A stretch of 63,751 bases of DNA, filler included, from Choristocarpus tenellus KU-1152 (lineage: Eukaryota; Protista; Phaeophyceae): the NCBI GenBank assembly GCA_964200185.2. It is 13 parts of 13 records of this genome, joined end to end, with 100 filler letters (N's around TTAATTAATTAA, not from the genome) between each part and the next. Parts side by side here need not be neighbours in the genome. Positions count along the whole stretch, not along the records: positions 17,658 to 27,819 come from CAXNAD020003111.1; positions 27,920 to 31,128 come from CAXNAD020021522.1; positions 31,229 to 34,228 come from CAXNAD020023028.1; positions 34,329 to 37,878 come from CAXNAD020019321.1; positions 37,979 to 45,280 come from CAXNAD020006376.1; 8 more parts are not named here. One strand, given 5' to 3'. The translations under genes were made by a program, and so were the position numbers. The notes under the pieces are model-generated. The model did not search any database, was not told where the DNA came from, and saw only the letters and a program-made list of their open reading frames with translations. Numbering within the stretch: position 1 is the stretch's first letter; every line of letters starts with the position of its first letter. Positions 27,201 through 39,540 of the stretch are shown here, one piece after another.

Positions 27201-27961
27201 CGTCTTGACTGGTGGTGATGAAGCCCACCTTTCTTTGGTCGTGCTCATCGCTCCTAAGTTTGCACTTCTTGTCCAACCTTAACCTCGTACCCTCGGTCAC
27301 GGTTCGTCTTTGTTCGTGTGGTCCGTCTTGCCCGGTGATTCTCTTCACCACCCTTGCCTGAGTGAACCATGCCGCCACAGAATCTCACGATTCACATTGG
27401 TGACACCGGTGTCTTTAGAAATAAGGTGACAGGGCATTTCTGTTTGACTGCGGACGAAAGATGCCAAACTCGAGATTGAGGCGAAACGTAGGGCACAAGA
27501 GCGCAGAAGTCGAGATTTGGCACCATCAACAGCTCCAGAGGAAGAAGTCCAAGACCACGAGTCCATGGAAGACATGGAGTCTTCCACCCACCTTGATTCT
27601 GACGTGTCTAGTATCGACTCCACGTCATCCAGTACTATAACACTTGCCGAAAACGTGGACGTGGATCCTGTTTAAGTATCCCCAAAATCATCAAAGAGGG
27701 TAAAGGTGACAAACCTGGCGAGTTGCTTGGTGTCTGTAGAGTGATTCATTATATTTAGGTGGGGCATGCAAGTCCCCATAATATCAGAAATATTTCCTTT
27801 TATATGAGAAAGATTCTCCNNNNNNNNNNNNNNNNNNNNNNNNNNNNNNNNNNNNNNNNNNNNTTAATTAATTAANNNNNNNNNNNNNNNNNNNNNNNNN
27901 NNNNNNNNNNNNNNNNNNNCAAATGGACAGCCACCTCCCCCCCCAGATACTTTGAGCCTTT

Positions 27962-28318
27962 CCACTGGTCATCAGAGGTAGCGTTGACTGGAAATCAGCG
28001 GCAAAAGGGGTTCGTATTGGTTGGTCATCGCAAGAGGGGGGATGACTGGAAATCAGGAGCGAAGGGGGTTCGTATTGGTTGGTCATCGCAAGAGGGGGGA
28101 TGACTGGAAATCAGGAGCGAAGGGGGTTCGCCCTGGTTGGTCATCAGATGTGGGGTTTGACTGGAAATCAGGGGCGAAGGGGGTTAGCCATGATTATCAT
28201 CAGAGGCGGGCGTTGGAAATCAGTGGTGAAAGAGGTTAACATTAGTTGGTCATCGCAATGGGGGGGATTACGGGAAATCAGTGGCAAAAAGGTCGCACTG
28301 GTTGGTCACAAGGGGTGA
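27962..28318 (+). repeat. Tandem repeat, ~58-bp unit, ~6 copies
   Basis: GACTGGAAATCAG recurs at 27986, 28044, 28102 and 28159, then decays. Confidence 0.9.
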
Positions 28319-30471
28319 TAGAATTTGGCGAGGAAAGGGAAAAGGGGGGAATGCAAAATAGAATAAAGTAATAATAATCCAGAATTCGTGAGCAAAACAA
28401 AACTGGCTTAGAATGTGAAACGACCTACAACTGGGTACCTCTTGAATACTTCGACTCTGGTAAGTGCGAAAAATGCTTGCACAGTAAATAGGTGGATGAA
28501 ACTTCGAACTGAATCGATGTATACCTATCCATTTTCATTATTATATTCAGGTACGAACAAATAACTTGAGAGGTATGGAGGTTTTAACCCTTCTGCATTC
28601 TACGTCATCTTTCTTCCCCTATCCAATACATTCTATTTCACAAGTCGGAAAAATCAAATCCGTTTTGTGCTGAAGAAGTCAATTTCCGACCAATCAATGG
28701 CCGTTGCTGTCATAAATCTGAGGTACGTACGTTGACTCATCCTCAAAAATTAATGATTTACGAGTTGACTCTTGCATTTGTGGATCCGAATCATTGTAAT
28801 TGTTTATGTTTTTGAGATTGGTATAGAACAAATCTTCCAACAAGATGAAATGTTGACAAATCAACAAACTGTGATTTGCAAATTTTGTGGTCAAAGAACG
28901 CACCATATATATATCATTATGTTCTGTAACAATTTGCAGATGTGCAAGGGGGGAAATCAATGAAAACAAAAACATTGTGTTGGGGGTTCAAGTCGATGTA
29001 TGTCTGTATCCCAGAGCCGTTTATACATCGCTCAGTAAAAGACAAAAAAAAATGGTTGCGAACTTAAAAGGAAAATATTTGAATGCCAAGGTTTGTCCAC
29101 CCAAATAGAGAAGAACGAACAAAAAATGCACAGCACAAATAGATCAATGGTGTGTGTTTTCCGATCAGACATTATACATACTATAACTTTGAGGTTACGC
29201 ACACATTAAGTATACATCGACGGAAAAGGCAATTACACCCAGTCAGTATAAAATTATAAAAATTCGCTTCCCAACCAAGCACCGTTTCTCTTCTGAACTC
29301 TCAGTCACCAAAACAAAATGCCTTTTGTGACGCAATCCTGATGATAAACCATTAGGTGGTACATGGAGTGGGAGTCATGAGACTGCAATACCTTGAAACA
29401 CAAAATCATGATAAATATTTCGATATATGCACTACCACTAGCACTTGGGCAGGGAGGGAAGAACCATTCACCACATGCTTACCCACACCTTTTTGTGACC
29501 TAGAAGTTGCCTTCTCAACACTATTACTATTATTCAGCTTGCCACAACTCTCCTGCCATGTCAACAACCAACTAATCACTTTACTACTTCAAAGTGTACA
29601 AGAAAGAACTAGAAAAAAATCCAGTAACACATTTATGATGCCTAAGGAAGTGCCCAGTAGGACGAATTACTACCAAGTCACTCCTTCAAAGCAAAAAACA
29701 TACACAACTCTCCAACATGTTCTTCCTTCTTGACTGTACAAACCATAACCCCAAACATACATGCACCATGACCTTTAGACTCTTCCAATATCGTACCTAC
29801 ACAAAATAGCATTTGAGGTAACAGGGAGAAACCTTTGGTCAAGAGATAAGAATCATACCACACAAACAACAAGCAGCTTCTCTAATGATCATGATATTTC
29901 CTCTTTTTCCCACCGCTGTTACCACCTAAATCCTTTTTTCCTCCTCATGTCCAACCCCTTCACACCCCTTCCCCTCCCCCAAAACCCCCCTCGGCCCCTT
30001 CCCCCTTCCTCGACCCCTTGAATTATCCCCGTTTTTCCCTTTCCTATCTGCTCCACTAGAACTCCAAGGATCTATACCAGTCGAAAAAATTCCAAAACCC
30101 AGACCCTGGAAAAAATCACCATCCATACCTACATCACCATCTCCCCCTCTCCGGTCATGACCACTCCGCCCTCAATCCCCACGGTTACCATGTCGCTGAA
30201 GCCAGCTACCACAACCCTGTCCTCCATCCATACCGCGATCTTATAAAGGCTTCTTCATCATTAGTTGCTGCCTTTTCATCTTCCTTATTTCCACTCTCCG
30301 TTTTTTCTTTATTTCAGGGGAACTGGTATTCACATGATTCTTACCACGTCTGTTGTCACCTGCAACACCATCACCACCTTTACTTCCAGTACCAACAGCC
30401 AAGGAGGAGGACGCCCACAGGGGGCGAGGTGACCACAGTGGACAATCTGCCAAAAAGAGTCGGATCTCCCC

Positions 30472-31113
30472 TTACTCCCGCAGATCCTGTCCCCATATAA
30501 CCAACCCTGACCCCGACCCCAAAACTCCTCCAATCATCCCAAACCTTGAATCTTCATATTGTGTGGTTCCGCTCTTCCTTGCCCTACCCATGTGATCCCT
30601 TCCTCCTCCTCCACAATCTCCCTTCACATTTCGATCTGACTTTGTTTGTGATGAGTCCTGTTGTGTCCATCTCATCCGGTCTGGGTTATTCCTATGCTGC
30701 TGCCCTTCCCACCCTGATCTCTTACCTTTACTTGGGGACTTCCCTATCCACAGGTTCTGCTCCTGCTGCTCCTCCTTCTGATCCCCTTTCTCATCACTGC
30801 GCAAAAGATTAAGATCTTCATCAGCTATCACGGGAGCACCTTTGCGAGCGACAACACTGACACGAATGGAACTAACAGGGGTGCAGACGACATCATCAGG
30901 AGGAGGGCAGTAGGGGCAGAAGTGTACTCCGTTGTCCATAGAGAGAGAGGATGCACAGTCGATCGTGACGGACGACCCTATACTCTCGTTTGCTCTTGTC
31001 CACATCTCTACAGCAAATGCAGTAGGTGGTTTCTTTATTGTTTGTTGTCGTAGCTGCTGTTGTTCGCACTGTTGCCGTGGTTGTCTTCGGGGGTGGGGGG
31101 AGGTGTGTGCCAC
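30472..31113 (-). CDS. Possible low-complexity coding exon, unknown product
   Basis: 213-codon open frame rich in Q/G/K/D; no recognisable domain; neighbouring frames are broken. Confidence 0.25.
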   Translation of the reverse strand: MAHTSPHPRRQPRQQCEQQQLRQQTIKKPPTAFAVEMWTRANESIGSSVTIDCASSLSMDNGVHFCPYCPPPDDVVCTPVSSIRVSVVARKGAPVIADEDLNLLRSDEKGDQKEEQQEQNLWIGKSPSKGKRSGWEGQQHRNNPDRMRWTQQDSSQTKSDRNVKGDCGGGGRDHMGRARKSGTTQYEDSRFGMIGGVLGSGSGLVIWGQDLRE

Positions 31114-31883
31114 TGCGAGGGCTTTGGANNNNNNNNNNNNNNNNNNNNNNNNNNNNNNNNNNNNNNNNNNNNTTAATTAATTAANNNNNNNNNNNNNNNN
31201 NNNNNNNNNNNNNNNNNNNNNNNNNNNNTTGAAATGTCAGCACAAAAAGGAGTTGTTTCACCGAAACGGACGCCCCCTCACAAACCACCCCCCCCCCCCA
31301 GATACTTTGACCCTATGTCCCAATCAAATAATGGCAAAAACGCGGGGGAACATCTCCGGTGCAATTTTGAAGGTCACGTCATCAAAACGGTACAAAAATG
31401 AAGTGGTTGGCTGACCTCCGGCAAAAAAATGATGCGGGCTAGGATGTTGCCCAAGTGTGGCGCTTGTGGCGACATACAAAAAAACCCCAAAGGTTTGCGG
31501 ACATCTTTTTAGTGCCATTTGCAAACTTTCTGTGAGCACACAGACAGGGGACCCACACAGCAACATGGACCACAAAAGTGAGACAAGGAGAGCCGCCGAG
31601 GCCACTCTGTCTCCTGGATCTACCCTCAGCACCTTCTCTGTCGAGAAGGGTCGGAAAAGCAAGTACCATGTGACACTCAGTGCGATGTTAGATGACGAGA
31701 ACGTGCGTGTGCTGTGGCGCAGCAGCATGATCAAATCGCGCAATGGACCACATGGCCGTGACACTGACGCTAAGAGAAGATGCATGGAAAGAATTACCAC
31801 ATAAACGTGGTTGGATCTTCAACCACGTCGGAGCACTGCTCTGCAGTCTCTGCTGCCTCGGCAAAGCAGGAAGAGAGCGGTGA

Positions 31884-32138
31884 GTCTCGAAGTATCTTAG
31901 AGGGTAGAGTCGCGTCCGTTTGGGGCCAAAATCCAATGTTCGATTTTGATCTAATTTGACCATCATGTTTGTTAGGAAGTGTCAATATCCTTGTTCCGGA
32001 CATACCTTTTCATGACGTACACATTTTACCTACTCCTAATCATTTTGGAGTAGGAAAATGTCATAAAAAACCTGTGGGAAGTCAATCCCTAAACGGACAA
32101 GCAGTGTAAACCTCGTACCCTCTGAGATACTTTTTCTC
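31884..32138. mobile_element. MITE family B, inverted copy
   Basis: AAGTATCTTAGAGGGTA / TACCCTCTGAGATACTTT termini; absent from the paralogous site at ~53701-53720; exact left end ambiguous. Confidence 0.88.
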
Positions 32139-32306
32139 GTGAGTCCATCACCAGGTGGTACAGTGATGAAGTCTGTGGGGAAGCCTGTTCACGGTGAGCG
32201 AAGAGAAAACCAGAGTGACCAATCGAAGGGAAGGTAGGGGAGGAGAGCAGTGCAACTGCGTGCCGTTGTGCTCAGGAAAAGCCTAAGAGAAAACCCATAG
32301 TAGAAT

Positions 32307-32566
32307 GAGTGAAAGTATCTTAAAAGGTACGATCTTTGCCCTGTTTGTCCATTTGGGGCTTGGCTACCCTTGGGGGGGTTTTATGACATTTTCCTAGTTC
32401 AAAATGTTTCGTAGTAGGTAAAATGTGTTTGTTATCAAAAGGTGTGTCTGGAACAAGGATATTGACACTTCCCAACAAACACGATAGACAAAATTACATC
32501 AAAATTGCAACATTGGATTTTGGTCCCCAAATGGACGCGACTCTACCCTCTGAGATATTTTGGCTC
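32307..32566. mobile_element. MITE family B (260 bp)
   Basis: GAGTGAAAGTATC / GATATTTTGGCTC termini; AAT duplicated; empty site TAGAATATCT at 53871-53880. Confidence 0.9.
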
Positions 32567-33659
32567 AATATCTTAGTAGTCGACAGTTGCAGCAGGCCCT
32601 GGCTATATGGAAGCTATGCGAGCCGGAGTGGCTTAAGCAAACGAGGAAGAAGGTGTTAGGGTTGGGCTACAAGGGTTCTGAATCCCGAAAGAAGGTCGAA
32701 ATGGCTCACAAGGCGGAGGAGAAAGCGATCGTAACAAAGGCAGCTGTGGAAACTTTTTAATACCACCAAATCCTTTACTTGAAGAGGTTGTGAAGTAGGT
32801 GGAGCTAGCCATCGACAAGGACGCCAGGGAAGAAGAGGAGGTGGGATTGAGATCATTTGCACACTGATGGTTCGGTGTCTCCCACTTCTTGCAAGATGCC
32901 ATACATTCACATTAGTTCCTGGACTTAGAGTTGAACATATAAAGTTGATTAAGGCTTTCTCCCCGTCTCCATTCATTCGAGAAATCAACACAATTTTCGA
33001 TCAACTCAAGCCTGTCCTCCCATGCCCTTGAGCCTTGATGATAAAACATCACCCGTCCAGGAAACACGGACGACGCCCATTTCCGGCGCTCAACGAGGAA
33101 ATGTGATTATAAAGACTCTAACACTGCAAATCCTGCATCGGTGTATGAACGACGGGAAAGACCGTCAAATGGCGCTTGAGATGGTGGCAGGATATTGCGA
33201 TAGTCGGCTCGGAAACTGTGAGTGGATGGGAGAAAGACTTCCTAACTAAGGGCTACATCAAGGTGTTGGAGCAAGGACGCTACGAGAGGCATTTCGTTCT
33301 GGGCATCGATGAGGACATCCTTGCCAAGGTCAAAGAGTGGGTGTGCGAACACACCGGAAGAAAGTGTGGGGAGTCTTTTTTTCCCAACTAACCAAGTACT
33401 TCATCTGACCCAAAATACAAGCTCCATTCGGACAAAAACCGGTATAAATCATGCTCCTTGACGAATTTATTAAGACGTTTTTTTATGGTTAGGGTTAGCT
33501 TTTGCGCAATGAGACCAAAAACACGCACAGAAATGACGGTGGGGGGTGCGGCCCTTAGCCCCACGAAGAGCATGGGAAAATCAGCCTCAGGTCGGGGATT
33601 TCCCGTTTTGGTGGCCATAACATCACCTGTGAGCGAATTCGATGAGCGGTGCTGACGTT

Positions 33660-34026
33660 CAAACCCGAAAGGGAAATAATTTGAACGAAAACGAGCGCCA
33701 AGCTGTGATTGATGAGATGCTCAAAGGCAGCAACCAAGGGGTTCTCCGCCGCGGCGAACTGACGTGAGTTGCTGACAAGGTTGGCACCAAGCGCTGGAGC
33801 ATCGCCCATGTGTGGAAGTCGTACGAGCAGCAGAAAGTGCAAGGTGTGCAGAATCTGAGCTTGGTGAGTGGTTGCAAGAGGAAATCAGGCCGAAGGTTGC
33901 GCAATATAGTCTACGATCGAGCACTGTGTGGTTCGCATGTTGAGAGGGATCGTCTTGAGCATCTCGATTTGCAGGGCAATATATTGCGCAACCTTCGGTC
34001 TGATTTCCCCTTGCGACCACTCACCA
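33660..34026 (+). mobile_element. Mariner (DD39D-like) transposase N-terminus with an inverted duplication
   Basis: NENERQAVIDEMLKGSNQGVLRRG..VADKVGTKRWSIAHVWK..VSGCKRKSGRR; the expected continuation LKTIPLNMRTTQ lies on the opposite strand. Confidence 0.6.
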
Positions 34027-34148
34027 GTCTGTGTGGTACTCCATGTGGCACCTACGGCCAGCATACCCCAGGGATGGTATCCGTGCATCCCTGGTTTTAA
34101 TCACAAAGAAAAATGCCGCATATGCTCCCTGATACATGTTCAGCATAT

Positions 34149-34228
34149 GACCCAAAGTATCTGGGAGAGGGGGGGGGTCTACACCAGGGTGTCCATTCGG
34201 ACCAAAATCAGGAAAAGTGCATTTACAG
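34149..34228. mobile_element. MITE family A, truncated by contig end
   Basis: GACCCAAAGTATCTGGGAG...GGTCTACACCAGGGTGTCCATTCGG. Other contig-end fragments of the MITE group: 2872-2914, 3015-3040, 10007-10092, 27920-27958, 31229-31313, 34329-34351, 37979-37997, 58820-58890. Confidence 0.85.
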
Positions 34229-34966
34229 NNNNNNNNNNNNNNNNNNNNNNNNNNNNNNNNNNNNNNNNNNNNTTAATTAATTAANNNNNNNNNNNNNNNN
34301 NNNNNNNNNNNNNNNNNNNNNNNNNNNNCCCCCCTCCCAGATACTTTGGGTCATGGGTAGCTTCAAGAGATGAAACATTTCCGTAAGCACGACACCCTGT
34401 TCAGCAGTATCTCCATCACCCCAACATGAATCAAAATTGGTTGGAGCCATGTAACATCGTCTCAGTGTCACCCGACAAGTCAAATGAGCACACTGAGGCG
34501 GCCACAGCCAGGGGAAATCAAGCTAGGACAGTAGAAAGGTCAATAGACGCCCACAACCTCAACTAATGTAGTCCAGCTCATATGCGCCAAATGCAACCCT
34601 TCCACAACATACTGAGAAACACACTCATGCTGTATGGGTGTATATGATAAATAAAATCACCATGTAGTATAACATTGAAGCATGTAGCAACAAATATATA
34701 ATACACCACTCAAGTACAGATCGCTCCTATATCTTCAAGCTCGTAAGAAAATAAATCTGCTTTAAAAATGATACACATACACTTCGGAGTATGAAATGCA
34801 CTTATGTACACAAAATGCACTGGCAAAGTCCTCGGTAGATATCGAGAAGGGCCCAGAGAGCAGTTCCTCAGCAAAGGTGCTGCTTCCTTACCTTATTTAC
34901 ATTTTGCAGCTCTGCCATGCAGTCAATAACCCATCGGAGGAGCCACAGTATGCACCAACCTTGGCT

Positions 34967-36490
34967 TTAGGGCTCATAGGGTGGGGGAGGATCATCATCC
35001 TGTGCCCATCCAAACTCATCCGATCCCATTGGGGCATGTGGCGGGGGTGGTGGAAGGTCAGCAGTTGTAAAACCATCCACAGCTTGTCGGGGCGGATTGG
35101 GCACTATGCCCCTGGAGGGAAAAAATGACAATATCTGGGCTGGGATTTCAGCAATTGTGTCTGCAGCCAGTCTTGAAAAGTGTAGCCCTTGCTGCCAGAG
35201 TGAAGGAAGGAGCAGAAGCGTGGGACGAGAAGAGGTGCGGCGATTGAGGGTTTGGGCTTCATGCTAAGGAAAGGGAGGTCTGTAAAGTGGTACAAGGTTT
35301 GATAAAGAGAAATATATATATAGAGAGAGTCTCTCTGTGTGTATGTATGTGTATGTGCACCTGTATGTACATTTTGCATCTATGCTCTGTGAGGGGAGGC
35401 ATGCCGAATACACTCCATTTGACGGGTCGGAAAAATTGTGAGTCTCACTGGGAACGCCTATGCACATGTGCATGCACGAATTATTGCACTCAATTATATT
35501 TTTCAACCCATTCTACCCCCACCAACTGATCTAAATCCAATCTCTCATCCATATGGGGACAATTGATGGCAGCAACAGTTTCGAGCACAGAGATTAACAC
35601 TAACGCAATACTATGGGCAGGGACAATATTAAGCTCTATAGACATGCAACGTGTCAGTGTGATGATCTCTTGTTGCATATATTCGACTCACCATCTTGTA
35701 GAAGTCCATTGACACAAACTGGACAATGTCTCTGACAGCAGCATTGCCACTTGAGTCCGTGAGCACACCGTTGTCCCCATCTAAAGCATCCATATTCTGT
35801 TTTGTACAACATTTTCATTTCACGGGAAGACAATTCAGAACCAGAACCACAGTAACAGCTTCACGCATCCCACAAGTATCTCGTAGAAAACAACTAGGAA
35901 TGCAATTATTTTTGCCCATTCTATGATCTACAGCGGCGCCTTTATCTCTGTAGTTCACACTCCCCTGCTCCCAATTATCCTTCAAAGCCCGGCACCATGC
36001 CCTATTCGCCAAGGGACAACAACGGTCCAAGCCTTCGTACTCCCCCATCAGAACAGAACGGACAAAGAGAACAGAACGGACAAAAAGGCAAAAATCGACC
36101 ATAACACCCCCTCAAACAATGTGAACTCTACTTTTTTTTTTAGTAATTATTGACCACAGGGTTCCCTTTGCATTCACCGCAACCGTCAGTGCCATCACGA
36201 ACAATACATCCTTAAGGCCATTGTGTGGACTGCATAACGCAATACTTCTCGAAGCATACGTATATGAGTGCACTTTGATGAGGTACTGGACCCAAGGGAT
36301 TAGGCACGATGGAAGCCAGTGTGGTCCAGGAAATAAACAGGTACTGACATAGAGGTGGTTCCATCCTCCTACACCCTCTTCCGCTGAGAGAGAGTACATC
36401 ACACAACGAACACAAAGATGAAAAACCAAACCCTAACACACATACGCTACCATCCCCCTAGATCAAAACATACAGCGTTGTATAAAGAGG

Positions 36491-36523
<33 letters not shown>

Positions 36524-37396
36524 GTGAAGTATACACACAAACAACATCTAACACAGTCCGGCGTGAGAGAGCCTGCAAGATAGACGGAACAAGAGGGCGG
36601 CACTGCCATCAGAGTCACAGATGAGATGCACTGGTCACTCACCGTGAAGTCAGCATTACCAATGCCAACGATGATCACACTGAGAGGCAACCGAGACGCC
36701 TCCACCAGACAGTTGATGGTCTGACATGCAGGAGGAACGTAACGGGACGTGAGGTGGAGGAGGGCAAAACAAATACCTTTCCAGTGGTGAGGATTTGAAG
36801 GCGGGGGTCCCTTCAAAATGTAAACATAGTATACAGGAAGATGTTGCGAACCTTTCTGTTTATTGGACAAGTACGACACACATATACATCTACTTTGAAG
36901 TATGTATATATATATACATACACATACACATACACAAAATGGGGGGGATGAGTCATGCCAAATAGAACGAAACAAGAAATACTGTTTCTGAAACTGTCAC
37001 CACAGATAGCACAAAACAAAAAAAGCGGAAAAATAGTCGATGGTATGGGTGTCAAAACCTATCGCACATTTTCATCAGCCAATAATACTGCAACGCCATG
37101 CCACTCTTTAGAATTCCCACTTCTCAGTCAGATATTTTTTTCTTGTTCTTTTTTTCATTTTTGTTGGTGAGGGTGACCTACCTACCTGACAAAAGGCCCT
37201 TGCTTGATCGCTGCTTGGCAAGTATTGAGGTATATCTCTGTTCCGCCGAGGTAAGTAGTCACGTGATTGACACCAAAGGGACTCTTAACAAAAAAATAGC
37301 AGCCGAATTGAAGAAAGATCACACTAAACAAACACACCTACGTGTATACGCGTGTATATACACTTGCATAATACATTTCTAAGTCTACTGCTTCCA

Positions 37397-37435
<39 letters not shown>

Positions 37436-37756
37436 TTTTTTCTCTTTTCTTCGGTGTGGGGGGGGGGCGTGTGGCGCGCTGCTTTTTTTTTTTTTTTTTT
37501 TTNNNNNNNNNNAACACACCAAACAAACACACCTACGTGTATACCCGTGTATATACCCTTGCATAAAAAATTTTTAAGTCTCCTTCTCCCCCCCCCCCCC
37601 CCCCCCCCCCACCTCTTGCATATCATTGATGATTCCATCTGTAAGGATGAGGAGAACCTGGTACTCCTGTTTCATTTGGTTCACTCCTTGGTTGGCCCTA
37701 GACATGGCCGTTTGAAGCACCTCTGAGAAGAGTGTAGGCCCGGCGAGACTAACCGA
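34967..37756 (-). CDS. Copine (vWA domain and C-terminus), exons 37756-37613, 36720-36643, 35796-35692, 35191-34967 (5' partial)
   Basis: Phase-0 GT-AG exons give LAGPTLFS..YQVLLILTDGIINDMQE|TINCLVEASRLPLSVIIVGIGNADFT|NMDALDGD..VRDIVQFV|..LAADTIAEIPAQIL..PPPPYEP*. Confidence 0.92.
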
Positions 37757-38399
37757 CTAATGAGGAGTTGGGGTTAGGGCGGGGGTGGGGGGATTGGGGG
37801 TGGACAAGTAAGAAAGGAGAGAACCAGGGGGGGGGGGGGGGGGCTAACGTTTGTTGGGTGGGTTTGGGTGAAAAAAAANNNNNNNNNNNNNNNNNNNNNN
37901 NNNNNNNNNNNNNNNNNNNNNNTTAATTAATTAANNNNNNNNNNNNNNNNNNNNNNNNNNNNNNNNNNNNNNNNNNNNCTCCCAGATACTTTGGGTCAAA
38001 AGTTGCATTCGACCCTGCACAGCATGGTGAAGCAGATGCCCTCCGAAGATGAACTCTTTTCCTGATGGAATTCAACACCTGTACTAGATTGAGAAGTGAA
38101 AGGAGAGTAGATGGGGACTGTTAAGTATGTGTACAATCCCAAGGCTTGATGTTGAAATATGTAGATTAATTCCTTCTCAGTTATGTTGTAGTAGGTAGAA
38201 GTTGGAGTGAGAAACACCATCCAAGCAGGGGTGTGTGTGATAGTGATAGATCTTTCACTCATCCCTGATCACTAATAACTCATCCACCCATCTGTGTTAC
38301 TTGCCACAACATTCCTTTTCCAGGATTCTTATGATACTGCAATAAATCGGATATTGTTCTCTTAGTAAGTACTTCCCACATGAATTTAAAGCATAATCT

Positions 38400-39540
38400 T
38401 GACAGGGACAGCTTGGTGATTGGGGCTAATGGTTACAATTAACTGAATGATAACAGTAGCCTTCTGAGGTTTGCAGAGATAAACGGTCTTGTCTTAGTCG
38501 ATGCCTTCCTCAGCACAACCAAGGGTATAGGATCCAATGTGTTTGAGACAGCAAGACGGAGATTAGACTCTGCTGTCTCAACCACATCCATACCTGTCAA
38601 CTACAATGTTGCCTTGGTAATCTGTTCAAGTTGTTTTGAACATCAAGTGTGCTATGTTACAGAACAGTCGAGTTCAATTCTCCACCCAATATACTCGTCT
38701 TCCATGTATGTCTGGCACATCCAAGCCGACAAGAACAAGGGTTTGATAACTGCAGCCAGAGAGCCCCTAGGGTAGACCTCTCTTTGTCTTGTTCATTCTG
38801 TGCTGCTCGCTGTCAATCATTGACGGCATCATTGTGCACAGTTTGGTGTATGCACATATGTTCCATACAGCTCTAACACCCTTGCCTCCTCTTGAAATGT
38901 AAGCATGTTTCAGAGAGGTATCACAGCATTTCCAAGCCCCTGTTCAGACTGTTAACTGATGGAATGTTGAAGATATCCAAAAGATCTTGACTGGATGGTA
39001 CACAGACCTATGAGGCTAATGCTGGACATTGGGGTAGAAACGGAGGTTGAGGCCATTGAAGAGCAAGCTCTCTCCCAGGTGCACCAATAACCAACCAATA
39101 AGGTGAATCAGAAGAATACTGGCCATCTTCTCTAGTATTGGTCAAGAGTCCAGGAAGATGGTTTAACAGGAAGTGCACCATGAACCACACATGGGGGTAG
39201 CGTGAGGTAGCTTTATTGTAACCAGTGATTGCGAGCCCAAGCTTCTGAGGTTTCACCTTCTCCTTGTGGCAATCTGGACCAGCCTTATAAGCCACAGTTG
39301 AAACAGTTGCTTGACTCCCAACGTCAAGACAAATACATACATGTACCACAACCATTGCCAAATGCGAATCTCCAGATTGAAGAGGAAGCTATATTCAACC
39401 CTGCTGCTAGGATATCCACTGAGGACCTTACATAGCAGCAGTAGGAGGGGATCATTGGGGAACAGGGATCGAGATGGTGATAACATATCCTAGATTAGCT
39501 CCAAGGTTGAACAAATGGAGAGCTCATCCATTATAGGAAT
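38400..39540 (+). mobile_element. Very degenerate LINE remnant, RTE-like
   Basis: LNDNS/LLRFAEINGLVLVDAF resembles the APE endonuclease N.NG..LL.F....L...N.F motif; the rest is barely readable. Confidence 0.4.

Larger units (their letters stand above)
31314..33390 (+). mobile_element. Unclassified DNA-transposon-like element, copy 1, with nested MITEs
   Basis: Colinear with 53128-54320; encodes a decayed HTH-like segment SETVSGWEKDFLTKGYIKVLEQGRYERHFVLGIDEDILAKVKEWV. Confidence 0.7.

Noticed and set aside
23650-30410. Shared peptide LLPVPTAK in ORFs 23465-23716(-) and 30353-30595(+)
   Set aside because: No similarity beyond eight residues; treated as chance.
37323-37612. Duplicated ~100-bp segment and poly-Pro/poly-Gly ORFs
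   Set aside because: Flanks an N gap and long homopolymers; most likely low-quality overlapping read ends in a copine intron.
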